A stretch of DNA of 64,000 nucleotides, taken from Octopus sinensis (taxonomy: Eukaryota). The DNA is taken from positions 18,104,001 to 18,168,000 of the forward strand of contig NC_043013.1 of NCBI RefSeq assembly GCF_006345805.1, read 5' to 3'. Made by a program: the position numbers and the translations under genes. The first letter of the stretch is position 1; each line of letters starts with the position of its first letter. Positions 25,561-39,592 of the stretch are shown in pieces. Below the pieces are notes generated by a model. That model worked only from the letters and a program-made list of their open reading frames with translations. It did not search any database and was not told where the DNA came from.

Positions 25561-28500
25561 ATATACACATATATACATATATGTGTGCGTGTGTGTGTGT
25601 GCGTGTATGTGTGTGAATGCTTACATTTTCTATTAAGAAATTGTACTTATAGCTTTGTGCTTTTGAAGACAGAAGATTCCCTGTTTGGAAAACAGGTGAG
25701 GATAAGTGACAGAAACCAGAGTCTGAATAGTAAGCAATTGTCCAGTGCCTACTAGCATGGTAAAACAAGCATAAAATGAATGAGCACATGCACACACACA
25801 CACACACACACACACACTCTCTTTTACTAGATTCAGTCATTGGACTGTTGCAATGCTAAAGTGCGCAGGCACACACATACACACACACACACAGATACGC
25901 ACACACGCACATACATATGCACAGTAAAACCTAATTATGAACACATTAACATATATAATGGACACTAGTTAGGCAGTAATTTGTTCAAACTCGTTAAGTA
26001 ATCATCATAAATGAGCATATTCTTAAATAGTAACATTATACACCATTTTAGCATCAAAATACACATTTTTTTTCTGTAGATAGAGAGGAATTCTTTGAAT
26101 TGGAATGAGGTCAAGATTTAGTACCAACATTCTGCTCTTTGGGAAAAAGAAAACTATTTTCTAGCTGAAAGAGGAATTTGCCACTAATCAATTTTTAGAT
26201 TTTGCCATTAATTACAATAAAAAGTTTAGTATTTTTCATTTTTTTTTCTCTTTGGTTTAAAATTTCGAAATGACAAAAAATAGATGTTTGGAAATAAAGA
26301 CTAAATATTTATTTTTTATAGCTCAAAGAAACTGGAATTTAAACTTTGTCTAAATTAAATGAAAACTATATATATATATATATATAAAGAAAAAAAATCA
26401 TCCACTTTAAAATAAAATTTTCAGTTGAATTGAAATAACAATTTCGATTTGTTTCTTTTAATCTTTTAACAATCTTAGATTACTGGGAAAACATTTTAAA
26501 ATAAATCACTCTTTCATTGTTTGTTTTCTTTTTTCTTTAACTCTATTTTAATGATTACTGCAGGTTCGATTGAAGAAAATGCAATTTAAATGAGGTTTTG
26601 TTGCAGATATAGATAGGTAAGGGATATCTTGACTGGAGAAACCTCTGTGGCCACTTGATATGCTAAAAATAATAGCCATATTAGATAATATAGTTCGAAG
26701 TGCACTTTTTGTAGGAAAAAGATAGGGTGGTCATGAACATTCTGTTCATGATCATAAATTTGCTTGATTGGGGCCAGCCTGGGGTTAAACAATAACAGCA
26801 ATAACATTGGTGTCGACAAGGGAAAATCTGTTGCCAAAAGTAGCAGTTAAAGTTCCCTCAGATCAGACTGTTCTATTGTGATGAGCTCACTGTACATGCA
26901 AGGTAATGTAGTCCTAGATGAGATAGAACAAGGCCCACCTGGAGCACAGCAATAACAACATGGGGATTTATATTACTAACACAGTAGATGGTAGATTTTG
27001 TAGAGAGAGGGGACCAAGTATCTTATGGTATTTAGTTATGTCGCTTTACATTTTAAGTTCAAATCTTGACAATAAAATGAAGTACCAGTTAACTACTGGG
27101 GGTGAGGTGGGTGGTGGTGGGGGTCATTGGTGACCTGGGTCATTGTTAAACACTTTTACTAATACTACGTCTTTTGATCCACTTGTTCCAGGACTTCTTT
27201 TGTTGTTGCTCTTCAGCCCCAGGTCCAAGTCAGTCCTGATTAAACAGATATATGATCAATCATGTTCCAGCCATGGCCATCCCATCTGACCAGTCTTGTC
27301 TTTTTATTTAAAACTGAGTTTCATTTACAGAGGGACAATAGAAATACTAATATGATGATGATGATGATGATGATGGTAGTTATGATGGAGGTGGTGGTAA
27401 TGGTGAGGATGATGATGGAACTGATGATGGTAGTGGTGGTGGTAGTGGTGGCAATGGTGGTGCTATAGAAATAACAACATGGTGATGGTAGGGATGGTTG
27501 TGGTAGTGGCGAGGATGATGGTAGTGATGATGATGATAATAGTAAGGGTGATGGTAGAATGGCGATGGAGAAATACTAATATAATAATGCTGATGGTAGT
27601 AGGGGGGGGGTGATAATGGTGATGGAGAGGATGTAGACATACCAACACACTGACACAGATGAAGATGGTGAGAATGAGAAAACCACAATATACATACATA
27701 TGCACACACACACACACTAAAACATAACTTTATATATTTGTGGTCCTCTTTATCATTCTCTCCAACAACAAACAATCATGTTTTACGTTATGTAAAAAAA
27801 AAAAAAAAAAAAAAATTATGAAATATCAATGTTAAGAACAACAACATCAACGACAACAATGAAATTATGCAGCAAAGGTTACGCTGCGTAATAACGTTTC
27901 TTATTTCAAAACTCAGAGACAATTGACGTTTGGAATCTGAAATTTTAGGCAAAATGGCAAAAATTGATATAATAGCAATGGCCAGCATCTTTTGCTTTGT
28001 TAAAAAAATTCATTTGCAGACAGGGTGGAGGTGGGCAGCACCATGATTTATGGGTTGTTGCTGCTAACCACTATTTGGATTAATTGTTAGAAGGTCAGCA
28101 TCCACAGTTGGGACTACCAGCTAATAGGGCTCACTTCCAAGATCTTAGTAACAGGAGCAGGGATCTGTGGTTTGTTTGTAGTGGCAACAACGTCCACTTG
28201 TTCCCATTCACAAATAGAGGTACAAGGAGCATTAAGGAGTAATGTTGCAACAGTCTGAGTTACTACAGACCAGAGACCTGGCCTGGATGCTTGCAGCAGA
28301 ATTCCCTTTATTTACTAAAGGCTCTGAAGGACAAGGGGGTGGTGGTGTTAACCTGAGCCAGGACAACTACAGTGAAACTCACTAAAGATATTCAAGTGAC
28401 AGTGTGGTGGTGGTAGACTGGACCAGGACCAATAAAGTGGACTTTACTAAGGGTATGTAAAGACTAGGCAATGGATTAGTCTACCACTCAAACACATTAC

Positions 28501-28589
28501 ACATCTATGAGCAAATGAAGGAGCCTCTACATGGTCAATTGAAATAGCTAGAGATGCTAGTTAAGTGCCTTAAATCCTACCCTATTGTC

Positions 28590-28629
<40 letters not shown>

Positions 28630-28635
<6 letters not shown>

Positions 28636-29015
28636 CACTGTGATCACCGTGACTGACCAGGCTATCAGATGTTGCTACACATCGCTGGTCACAATGTGCT
28701 TCACATTGTTTTAGCCTTCAAATGATGCCATCCCGCTGACTAAGCAAGCAGGCCAACAGAAGAAAGAGTGAGAGAAAGTTATGGCAAAAGAGTACAGCAG
28801 GGATCGCCATCACCCCCTGCCAGAGCCTCATGGAGCTTTAGGTGTTTTTGCTCAATAAACACTCACAATTGGTGTTGTGTTTATATCCTCATAACTTAGC
28901 AGTTTGGCAAAAGAGACTGATAGAATAAGTACAGGGGTTGATTTGTTCAACTAAAACCTTTCAAGAGAGTGCTCCAGTATGGCTGCAGTCAAATGACTGA
29001 AACAAGTAAAAGAAT
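28630..29015. mobile_element. Family D copy followed by the 3' half of a family A SINE
   Basis: 28630-28760 matches 1-112 inverted; 28870-29015 matches the family A 3' half. Confidence 0.6.
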
Positions 29016-30137
29016 ATATATACATATATGAATAAACCAATAAAGATTTCTACAAGATAGCTAGATGTGCTTTAAATAACAGCTAAATCCCTCTCAAACC
29101 ACTTCAAAAACAGAAAGGAAAACACTGGAGAAGAAAATGTTAGCTATACAAAAAGAAGGGATGGTCGTAGCTGGAATGTGTTTGACTACAATGTTTTTGA
29201 TCAGAGCTGACCTGGGGCTAAGCAACCACAACAGCAACATATGTCATTAAACGCATGCTCTGTATGAGAAGGGGAATGGATAAATGCCACTACATAACAA
29301 AAGAAGCAATAGGAAGCAACACATCAGCTCTGGTCATTTTCAGACCAGGACCATGGGCAGGGGTGGGGGGAGGAGAGACATGGGCTTTCCTTTTGTTGGA
29401 GACAACAGTGGTCAGGTTTCATCTCTTGATAATGAGGTTCACTGATGCTATGATAGAAGTGTGAGAACAGTAGTGACCTCTAAAGGCAGTGGTTACTCTG
29501 ATCTGAAGAAAAGATACAATGGTCATGGATGGATTAACTGAACATAAGTCTACTAGATTAGAGGCTGACCAAGCACCAGTCTACAACAGTAAAGACCGAT
29601 ATATTAAGTTTATGAAACTAATTAAAGGTTGGTAGATAAAGCTGGCACCTTTCACTTGAAAGCCTTTACATTCTGATTGTGAAGAATCTCTTCTTTGGTG
29701 GAAATAGTTGTTTTTATAGTCCAACCAAATCTGTTCCTCATTTCTATCTCCTTCAATAGCAATGAAAGAACTAGATGATGGTCACAAATCATTGCCAGGA
29801 AAATGGCACAAATGAATCTAAAACACTCAATTTCCAGTGACATCATCATCTTCATCATTATGATTACTACCTCTGAGTCAAAGCCACATGTTTTATAGAA
29901 GTTTGTACTCAAATTAATCTGGGTGTCATAATCTGGAATTATGATGAATGTTAAAATTGACTCCAGTGGAACTGAAATTCAAAATGTGAAAAGAAAAAAT
30001 GATGATGGTTATAATTAGCGAGACCCATAGAAATTTCATGTTCTCTGAAATGAGCAACAGGACAGTAAAATATGTTTATAATAAAAGTGACTATCTAAAT
30101 CATTATATTGTTGTACCACTATCCTATTATATATATA

Positions 30138-30166
<29 letters not shown>

Positions 30167-30172
<6 letters not shown>

Positions 30173-30252
30173 CAAATTAAGAGGAATGACCACTAAGTGG
30201 ACACCTAATATGCTAAACATACTTAGTGGTCATTCCTCTTAATTTGTATGTA
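30167..30252. repeat. Perfect 32-bp inverted repeat with 22-nt spacer
   Basis: TACATACAAATTAAGAGGAATGACCACTAAGT (30167-30198) and its exact reverse complement (30221-30252). Confidence 0.95.
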
Positions 30253-30671
30253 ACACAATTTTTAATCTTCGGATTTATTAAATATGCTAAGCCACTGGTT
30301 TTAATTGATTAATATCAATTTCTACCCTTATTATTTAATTTTATACATACACACACAAACACACACACATATCAATTTGACATCCACTTTGCTATGCACG
30401 CATGGGTCAGATTTTCTGTGGCCAGATGCCTCACACACCTGTCACCAACCCTCACCTGTTTCCAAGTAAATTAGTATTTCCTCTTGACCAGGCATGTTTT
30501 CGTGGTAGATCAGCAAAGGAAGCTACTTCCAAATTTCCACACAAGGCTTTGGTTGGCCCAGGGATATAGAAGTCACTTGCCCAAGATGCCATGCAATGGA
30601 ATTGAACTTGAAACCATGTTAACTGATATAAAATGTAGGTATGATACAAGTATGTTTGTTAAAATCTAACC

Positions 30672-30936
30672 CAGTGGTTCTCAACCAGAGTCCTTATGCT
30701 CCTTGGGGGATGGGGTTCCATATAAGATTTTGTTGTTAAAAATTTATTTGCAAAAAATTGGTTATCCTTCTACAAGGTACAAAATATTTAAACAATTTCG
30801 TGCATACAATTCCAAATAATATTCAATTTTAAAAATAAAATTGTTTCTTTTAAAATATCAAATGGTTAGGCAAGTACATCCAAGTAAAATAGGAATCAAA
30901 GGGGTTCCATAGGTAAAAAATGGTCGAGAAATTCTG
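30672..30936. mobile_element. hAT/Charlie-type MITE
   Basis: CAGTGGTTCTCAACC left end and GGTCGAGAAATTCTG right end (imperfect TIR); no TSD recognisable. Confidence 0.5.
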
Positions 30937-31266
30937 AAAACTAATATTTCTGCTTGTTTTTTTTGCACTACAAATACTATTCTTACTTCACATTTATCAA
31001 CAATTCTTCAGTTTTTTTTTACGTTTTCTAATATAGTTTAAAATAAAGCAATTGTTCAACACAAATGCACAGATGTGGGGACACCCACACAAAGATGTGA
31101 TGTATATATTGACACGTACTTGGACATGTGCATACACATATGGATGTAGATATACACAGAGACACAAACACATAGGGAAGTGAACACATATGAACATATA
31201 TACATATGTATACACACACACACACAGATATGGACATACCGACATGAGGAAGCAGATACACATATA

Positions 31267-31500
31267 TATTTCTTTACTACCCACAAAGGGCTAAACACAG
31301 AGGGGACAAACAAAGACAGACAAAGGGATTAAGTCGATTACATTGACCCCAGTGCATAACTGGTACTTAATTTATCGACCCCGAAAGGATGAAAGGCAAA
31401 GTCGACCTCGGTGGAATTTGAACTCAGAATGTAATGGCAGACAAAATAAGGCTACGCATTTCGCCCGGCGTGCTAACAGTTCTGCCAGCTCGCCGCCTTT
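31267..31500 (-). mobile_element. Young family B SINE with 18-bp TSD
   Basis: GAAGCAGATACACATATA at 31249-31266 and 31501-31518. Confidence 0.9.
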
Positions 31501-32706
31501 GAAGCAGATACACATATAGACACACAGCGACTTGAACCCACATGTAGATGCAAACACATGTATAGATACATACACAATGATGGAACACTGGCAAACATAC
31601 AGGCACAACCACACATGAATATATGGCCTCCCTCCATGGTTACACATACATACACAAGAAAGCAAAAACAGACATGGATGTAGACATACATGCACGCACA
31701 CTATGTGTGCGTGCATGGACACAGACATACACAAACACATGGTCATGGACACACACAGAAACACACGCATACAGTTTCTTTTGTGCAAACGTGCTAGTGA
31801 TACACACCTGGGGAAGGTAACAACAAGTCCTGGCTGCATGGTTAAGGTTTCTGTGCTTTGCGTCTGGGAAACGTTTCTTCTTGCAAAAATCAAAGCCAGA
31901 TTCTCCAAAATTAACCCCACCGCAAAAGCACTGGAAACAACAAATCACTGGTCACAGAATCTCCATGGTACTTCCGTCCGACTCTCCCACTCTGTTTGTC
32001 TGTTTGTGTATCCCAAAGCTACCAAAAATGTCAGGCCATCTAAGTTAAAGGACTAAAACATTCAGATGACCATTTCATCACTGTATTTGTTAGTGGAGAG
32101 AGAGAGAGAGTGAAGAGGGAAAAAAGAGGAGTGAGAGTGAGGAAGCCAGAGAGAGAGCAGAAGGAGAGTGAATCAGCAAAAGGAGAGAGGAGTGAATGAA
32201 AGAGAGAGAGAGAAGAGAGGGTGTGAGAAGAGGGAGAGAGAAGACTGATAAAAAACACCTCTCCAGTAAACCTTGAAGTGATGATACAAGGAGTGTGTGT
32301 GTGTGTGTGTGTGGTGTATATCTAACCTCAAAACCTCAGAGGATAATATGGTTTAAGTAGATATGTTTTGATTGGGAGTTGAGCTGATAATAACAACAAC
32401 AAAGATTATAATCAACTCACTAGCAATAAATCATTAGTCGTAGTGGTGGAGGTGGTGGAGGTGGTAGTGATGGTGATAGTGATACTGGTGGTAGTAGCAG
32501 GAGTGGCCGAGGTGGTTGTAGTGGTAATAGCTGTAGTAGTGATGATGGTGGTGGTGGTGGTGGTAGTAGTAATAGAAAGTCAGCTAGCCGAGATTTGCTC
32601 TGGGTCAATATATTGTTGTTATTTATGTGATGGCAATGTTATTTATAATTGCAATGTTAGCAACATATGTATGCATAGATGCACGCATGCACACGTGCAT
32701 ATATAT

Positions 32707-32751
<45 letters not shown>

Positions 32752-33079
32752 CAGGTAATCAAATTCTCAAGCCAATGAAGCATGCTGAGAAATTATCAGG
32801 TGAGGATGGGTGTTGGCCTTCCAGATAAGGAGAGATTTGTCCTCACCACCACCTCCCCCTCTTACCATCCCTGATTTAAGCTATACGTGACAGCATCAGA
32901 AAAAAACAAAATCCATAAAACATAAGTAATTTCAGGCTTTCTAACAGAAAGCAAAATAATGTACTTATAAATTGCATGTGTCCTTTGTTGAATCATAACA
33001 GCTTGACAGAAGGGTAAGTTGAAACGGGTGGTTTTATTAATGAGAGTTTGAATTTTAGCTGCTATCTCTTTCTCTGTCA

Positions 33080-33600
33080 CACACACGTGTATGTATGTAT
33101 ATATATATATATATATACATATATATATACACACATATATATATATACATATATATATATATACATACATATATATATACACACATATATATATACACAC
33201 ATATATATATATACACATATATATATATACACATATATATATACTACACATAAATATATATACATATATATATATATACATACATATATATATATAACAT
33301 ACATATATATATTATATACATATATATACTATACATACATATATATATAACCTATATATATATACTATAATATATCATATCTACTCTATATAGATACATA
33401 ATATATATATTATACATACATACACAAACGTGTATGTATGTATATATATATATGTTATATTATACACACACACATATATGTATGTATATATATGCATATA
33501 TGTATGTATATATATTTGTATACATGTATGCATATATTTGTATACATGTATGCATATATTTATACACACACACACACACACATACACACACATATAAGGA
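33080..33600. repeat. Compound (TA)n/(CA)n microsatellite of about 520 bp
   Basis: Seen directly; source of the Y/I/H/T-rich ORFs in all frames. Confidence 0.95.
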
Positions 33601-33884
33601 AATTAGGACAAGGTAGAAAATGCTAAAATAATTTTATCATGAAGAACATTTTAGTACCGGTTCCAGTCTTTGCAACTTTTTCAACATAGAGTAAAGCATG
33701 AAAAACAAACTGTGGAAAAATTAAATAAAATGTTTTTTTTAAAAAAATATTTCCATAGTTTTCTAAAACATGGGACATTTTTCTCTTTTCTGTCTCTCTC
33801 TCTCTCTTACTTTTGTGAAGGCTCGGTAGGTAGGTAATAGCAGAGCTGAAGAAATATTTATGAAGGATGTAGGTTCTGGATTTT

Positions 33885-34250
33885 GATTGGAAGCAGTATT
33901 TGGATGACCGCTTCATTCTTTGGCATGAAATTATAGAGAGACATAAAGAATTTCAAGCACTTCTAAATAGACTTGACATAAACATTCAATTTACGATGGA
34001 ATATAGCCATCAACAATTTCCATTCCTCAACATCCTCATTAAGAAACCCAACAACAAAATCGAAACAGACATATACTATAAGCCTATGGACTCCAAGCAA
34101 TATCTACCATTCAACTCATGCCATCTCAGACACTAGAATGAATATCCCACTCAACTCGGCAAAAAGGATTTGTACTATAGTTTCTAATACAAACACCAGG
34201 GATACACAACTACATGAACTAAAGGATACACTCATCAGGTTTAGCTCCTA
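33885..34250 (+). pseudogene. Penelope-like element RT fragment (YLDD and thumb region)
   Basis: QYLDDRFILW...NIQFTME...FPFLNILI...ETDIYYKPMDSKQYLPFNSCH, then NIPLNSAKRICTIVS after a frameshift. Confidence 0.85.
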
Positions 34251-34253
34251 GTA

Positions 34254-34300
<47 letters not shown>

Positions 34301-34900
34301 TACACTTTTGATTCAGATCGTAGACAGACTGCCAAAACCAATGATGAAGTCCTAAGATGGCAAAAGCTGAGAACATTTTATTATAAATACTGTCAAAAAG
34401 AGAAAATTAAAATATTTTGGAGATTAATTAAAGAAAATGGTTTGTAGACTCTGTTAGAAATGAATGAGAAGAAGGAAAAGTGGGAAACCAAGAATGACGT
34501 GGTTGGGTAATATGAAGAATTGGACAGACTTACACAGTAAATGTATAAAGATGGAACAAGAAAGACTGAGATGGTAATACATGGCACTGAATTTGCTGGC
34601 TGTGGAAAATACCTAATAATGGTACTTGAGTTTAATTTAGGGACAAGGACAGCAATTTTGAGGGAAGGGGCTTCGTCGATTACATTGATTCCTGTACTTG
34701 ATTTTATTGATCCTGGAAGTATGAAAGGCAAAGGTGACCTTGATGGGATTTGAAATCAGAATGTTTAAAGCCTTAACAGCCAGGAAAGCAGAAGAATTGG
34801 TATAAAACTGTTTAATGAAATTCTAATTGTTTTTTGTCTTTGGTCAGTAAGTGTTATTTTCTATTTGCTTCTATCAAGAAATCAAAAGAAATTACTACTA

Positions 34901-35214
34901 TTCCTTTCAAACTTTGCTTTTGTGAGCCTGGACATCAATGTTTCCAAACTGACTTGTTTTCCATTACATTTCAGACAGATTCAGTGCTGACTTGCTAAAG
35001 CAGAAATATCGCTACAGCAAATATTCCGCTCAATACCACAGACTTGGTTGTTAGTTGCTTGACCATAACCACTTGAGCACGTCCCTTGATGGTTGAGAAT
35101 ATGTGCATCTCTGATCATAAGCAAGAGTGGGAGGGCGGGGAGCATCATAACCATGTGTCCAGAGGGATACTTTGAGGTCTGAATAAATGTAACAAAAGCA
35201 AAGTTTGAAGGAAA
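34901..35214. mobile_element. MITE with TIRs of about 23 bp and TA flanks (Tc1/mariner type)
   Basis: TTCCTTTCAAACTTTGCTTTTGT at left and ACAAAAGCAAAGTTTGAAGGAAA at right; TA on both sides. Confidence 0.75.
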
Positions 35215-36374
35215 TATTAGCTATTTTTCATATTCTCTAGGGGTAAGCAAAAAGGAAACAGTGGTTGCTACGCAAAGTCAAAAACTGCGTTACACAGTGT
35301 AATCTGGTATTGGACTCTGAGAGATATAACTAAATACATATTTGTTAGGGAGAACAGACATTTGATTCAATCAGTACCAGCAGATCACTGGTATTACTTT
35401 CCCATCTTTTTAGATTAAAACCCAAAGGGGTAAAAGAGACAAAATGGAATTTTCCATAATTAGAATCCCTGAACTCAGAGGGATGAAAATATAATAAATA
35501 CTGCAAGTTAATATATTTTGGCAGACTATCACTTCTGGCACCACTCATTCCCGAAAGCAAAGATATTAAACTGTAAAGAGACTGCTGTTCCTTGAACCAT
35601 TTTTTCATAGTATTCTACCAGTAAAACTGATTAATTTACAAGTGAATCAGACAAATTAGATAAACACTTGAGTAGCGCCGACAGAGAGGATATTACAATG
35701 GTAATCTCTTGGAGTATTACCAATATAGCATTAGTAAAAGATTAACTATCACACTCTGGACAGCAAGTTTTAGTTTACTAAATTTCTTTCTTTCTTTTCT
35801 TTTTTCTTAACCCAAAGAAAACAACAAAATTAAGCAGGTTAGACAGATTAGCTTCACACCTTCGCCTCGGCTCCCATCCCCCACCCCCCACCCCCCACAA
35901 AATAAAACATCTCTAAAAATTCATTATTCACACCTCTTCTACCATTACCATTATCTTATTATTATGGTAGCGGTGGAAGTGGTAGACCCCCCCCCCCCGT
36001 AAACCAAGAACAATGACTTCATCAGTTGGTCTTAAATCATTTTTCTCCCCAAACCACAAAATCACTACACACCATCCTCCCTCTTCCCCATCACCTAATG
36101 CACAACTCTCTTTCCATCTCTCTCTCTCTCTCTGTCTCTCTCAAACCTACAGCCAACTTTCAACAACATAATTAACTCACTAACCAATTAATTATGAATT
36201 CTCATAATAAGGTCTGGTAATGAACAACAAGGTGAGATTATCTAACATGGATACAAGTATGACTGCATGGTAAAGGAGTTTGATTAGTCATTAATCATGT
36301 AATTTTCAGTTTAATATCAGTACATTGCAACTTTGAGTGAGTGTCTTCTGCCACAGCTTAGAGTTCATTGATCC

Positions 36375-36715
36375 AAGTCATTTGTTTCCGTGCCGGTAGC
36401 ACGTAAAAGGGCACCATTCGAGCGTGATTGTTTCCAACGTTGCCTTACTGGCACCTGTGCCAGTGGCATGAGTAAAATGATTCTAGCGAGGTCATTGCCA
36501 GTACCGCCTGACTGTCTCCCATGCCGGTGGCACATAAAAAGCACCCATTACACTCTCAGAGTGGTTGGTGTTAGCAAGGGCATCCAGCTGTAGAAACTCT
36601 GCCAAATCAAGATTGAAGCCTGGTGCAGCCATCTGGTTCGCCAGCCCTTAGTCAAAATCGTCCAACCCATGCTAGCATGGAAAGCGGACGTTAAATGATG
36701 ATGATGATGATGATA
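36375..36715 (+). mobile_element. Family C SINE
   Basis: Internal modules, RTE-type tail and (ATG)n. Confidence 0.8.
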
Positions 36716-37360
36716 TAACAAATATATACGTTTTATTTATTATTTTGCACATTACTTAATCATCGGTATATTATTGTTATTTTATATTTAATATTTCTAT
36801 TATATGTAATTTTCTAGATGATGTAATTTAATTTTTCATTTTGAATTGATAAAAGGTGGTTTTTTTCTAATTTGATATATATATATATATATATATTATA
36901 TTTTGTGAAATTTGATTTAGTATTTCTAAATTGAATTTTTGCCTGTAAGTTAGGAATAATATTCCCTCAAATTATTATTATTATTATTATTATTATTATA
37001 ATATATATATGTATGTCTGATGATGGCTTAGCTGGCAAAAACTTCAAAGTCACTGTCAACAATGAGTCTAGGACATTTACCCTCCATGGACAATAACCCC
37101 CACCCCCATCCAAGGACAACAGATGATGATTTAGAACTATTGGAGAGGGGGTAACTACTGGTGGGGAGTGGTAATTGTCCTAGGGATAGTTGTTGTTGTT
37201 GGGGTGGGGGTAATTGTCTGGGGGTGGGTTAATTGTCCTGATATGGTCAACAACATGCTTGTATAAGAATAATAAATTTGTACTCTGCAAAAGTATAGAG
37301 TAAACCATCAGATTAATGCAAAATTGCTTTTATTAAACTGGACATAAAAATAAACATTAA

Positions 37361-37630
37361 GGATGAAAGGCAAAGTCGACCTTGGCGGAATTTGAACTCA
37401 AAACGTAGCGGCAGACGAAATACCTATTTCTTTACTACCCACAAGGGGCTAAACACAGAGGGGACAAACAAGGACAGACAAACAGATTAAGTCGATTACA
37501 TCGACCCCAGTGCATAACTGGTACTTAATTTATCAACCCCGAAAAGATGAAAGGCAAAGTCGACCTTGGCGGAATTTGAACTCAGAACGTAGAGACAGGC
37601 GAAATACTGCTCAGCATTTCGCCCGGCATG
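37361..37630 (-). mobile_element. Family B SINE with a partial tandem unit (about 1.3 copies)
   Basis: The core GGATGAAAGGCAAAGTCGACC...GAAATAC occurs twice, at about 37361-37423 and 37545-37607. Confidence 0.8.
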
Positions 37631-39077
37631 CTAACGGTTCTGCCAGCTTCTTATTATAGCCTCACACTAACCAATGCCTTGTATGTGGATTTGGTAGGCA
37701 GAAACTGAAAGACAATCATTGTGTGTGTATGAGTTTGTTTGTTTATATCTTGCTCATTTCAAAGCCATGTGGCGTATGAGCTCTATTACTTGAAAAATAG
37801 GTAAGGGTATCCAGCTGTAAAAACAATGGTTCGATAATATATTTATCTAACTCATGCTAGCATGAAAAAAATGGACATAAAACTGAACAAACACCTACTC
37901 ATATACACACACACACCAACATAAATAGTGGGAAGAGAGAGCCATGACTGTTTACAGGATCTCTAAGACTTGGTGGGAGGGATAGACAAATGTATCCTTC
38001 AAACTGGAAAACCAGTCTGCATGACTGCGACAGAATGGACTCTGTTAAAGACATCCAAAGTGCCAGGTGGTGGTGTTAAGCTTGATGATGGATTAAGTCT
38101 ACCACCCGTGTAAGCTATGGTGGGATTTGAAGCTAGAATGCAAAGAGCTGGGGCATATATTGTAAAGTATCTGGCCTGGCATTCATACAGTTCTAACTGG
38201 TACTTTATTTATTGACTTCTAAAAAGATGAAAATAAAGTTCTTCTTAACAGGATTTGAACTCGGGGAACAGAGAGTCAGAACAGTTACCACAAGGCAGCC
38301 ATTCTGATCATGTGCTATTGATGGCTGGTTCATCCAATTCTTGTGTAGCAAGAGCACTCAGTACCAGCTGAGCACTGGAATTGTTTTAATCAACTTAGCT
38401 CCTTCCCAGAAATTGTTGGCCTTGTGCTAAAATTTGAAACAAATCATTTAAGTCCCTTTAACCATGCTGGCATGGGTTGGATGATTTGATAGGTATTGAT
38501 GAGCCAGAGAGCTGTGTTGAGCTGAATGTTCATCAACTGGATGCCTTTCCTAACACCAACCACTTTACACAGCGCACTGGGTAGTTATTTTCATGGCACC
38601 AGCACTAGTGAGGTTGCCTAGTACTTATAAGACAAAGCCCCTTAACTGAATGGGGTATAGTATTGAAGGATGTGAAAGTATGAAAGCAGGATAAGAGCAG
38701 GTGTTTTGCTGAAGAGCTGAACACATGGCTTCCTCAGCTGGAAAAAGAGAAAGTGAGATCATTTATTCATGTGTAAGGTAGAGAGTGAATGCGTTTCTGA
38801 ACTATAGTTTCACTTAACAAGGTCTTCTGGTTGACTGATCACCATTGTGGATAAACAAGACAGGACTTGTAAATTGTGTCAATTGTGATTGACCTCTCCA
38901 CATATCTAATGTATGAATGTATTGACTTCCTTTATATTTATAATGTGCGTGTGTGTGTGTATGAGTGTGGTGTCAAAGGTGACTAAAAGGTTTAGCACTA
39001 AGGAGGGTATCTGGCAATAAAACACCTCAAAATGTCCCATCCAGCAGGGAAAAGTGGACATAAAAAGACAATGATGC

Positions 39078-39470
39078 ACAAAGTGCATTCAAAAAGTATC
39101 TGACCTTAGGGCATAAGGAAAACAATTTCGTATATTTCACAAATTTTATTTAATCACCCTCAAAATACTCTCATTCAAAGTTTAAACGCTTCCCTCAGCA
39201 GTTTGCTTCTGGTGGTAATACCTCTGGAAAGTTATGAAGCTCCACAGTTGGTTTTTTTCATAATTTCCTCTCAAGACTCAAATTGCTTCCTTTCAGCACG
39301 GTTTTCTGTTTGGGAAAGAGCCAGAAGTCACATGGTGCCAAGTTGGGAGAATAGGGAGACTGTCGAACAAGTGGTGTGTTGTTCTTGACCAGAAGTGCTT
39401 CAAAAGTACTCAACTTTATTTTTTCACAGACACTCTCTGCATGCAAAAATCCTCCATTAAAATGGAATGA
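39078..39470 (-). mobile_element. Mariner transposon 3' fragment
   Basis: Minus ORF 39258-39479 contains PYSPNLAPCDFWLFPK (mariner YSPDLAP motif); TIR-like GTGCATTCAAAAAGTATCTGACC near 39083. Confidence 0.8.
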
Positions 39471-39592
39471 TTCATACACTGTTCACTTTCCTGACATTTG
39501 TACATAATTCTATGTACTATACATGCACCTTTGATAAGTTGTAGAGCACCTGAGCACTGTACACAATGATTTCATTATTATTATTATTATAT
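39470..39592 (+). mobile_element. CR1/L2-type 3' UTR fragment
   Basis: Matches about 13663-13783 including the (ATT)n tail. Confidence 0.6.

Noticed and set aside
26563-26615. Pyrimidine tract-CAG ... AG/GTAAGG exon-like segment
   Set aside because: Stops in all three frames; it could only be a non-coding exon and needs transcript evidence.
32360-32382. AGATATGTTT resembling the miR-190 5' end
   Set aside because: The match stops after about 10 nt and there is no hairpin partner.
34173-34238. CUGAUGA ... GAAACUAUAGUA on the minus strand (hammerhead-like, palindromic stem III)
   Set aside because: No stem II closing pair (G/A) and no stem I; it lies antisense within the PLE coding region, so chance is likely.
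37017-37050. CUGAUGA after an (ATT)n/(TA)n tract
   Set aside because: No GAAA, stem II or stem III.
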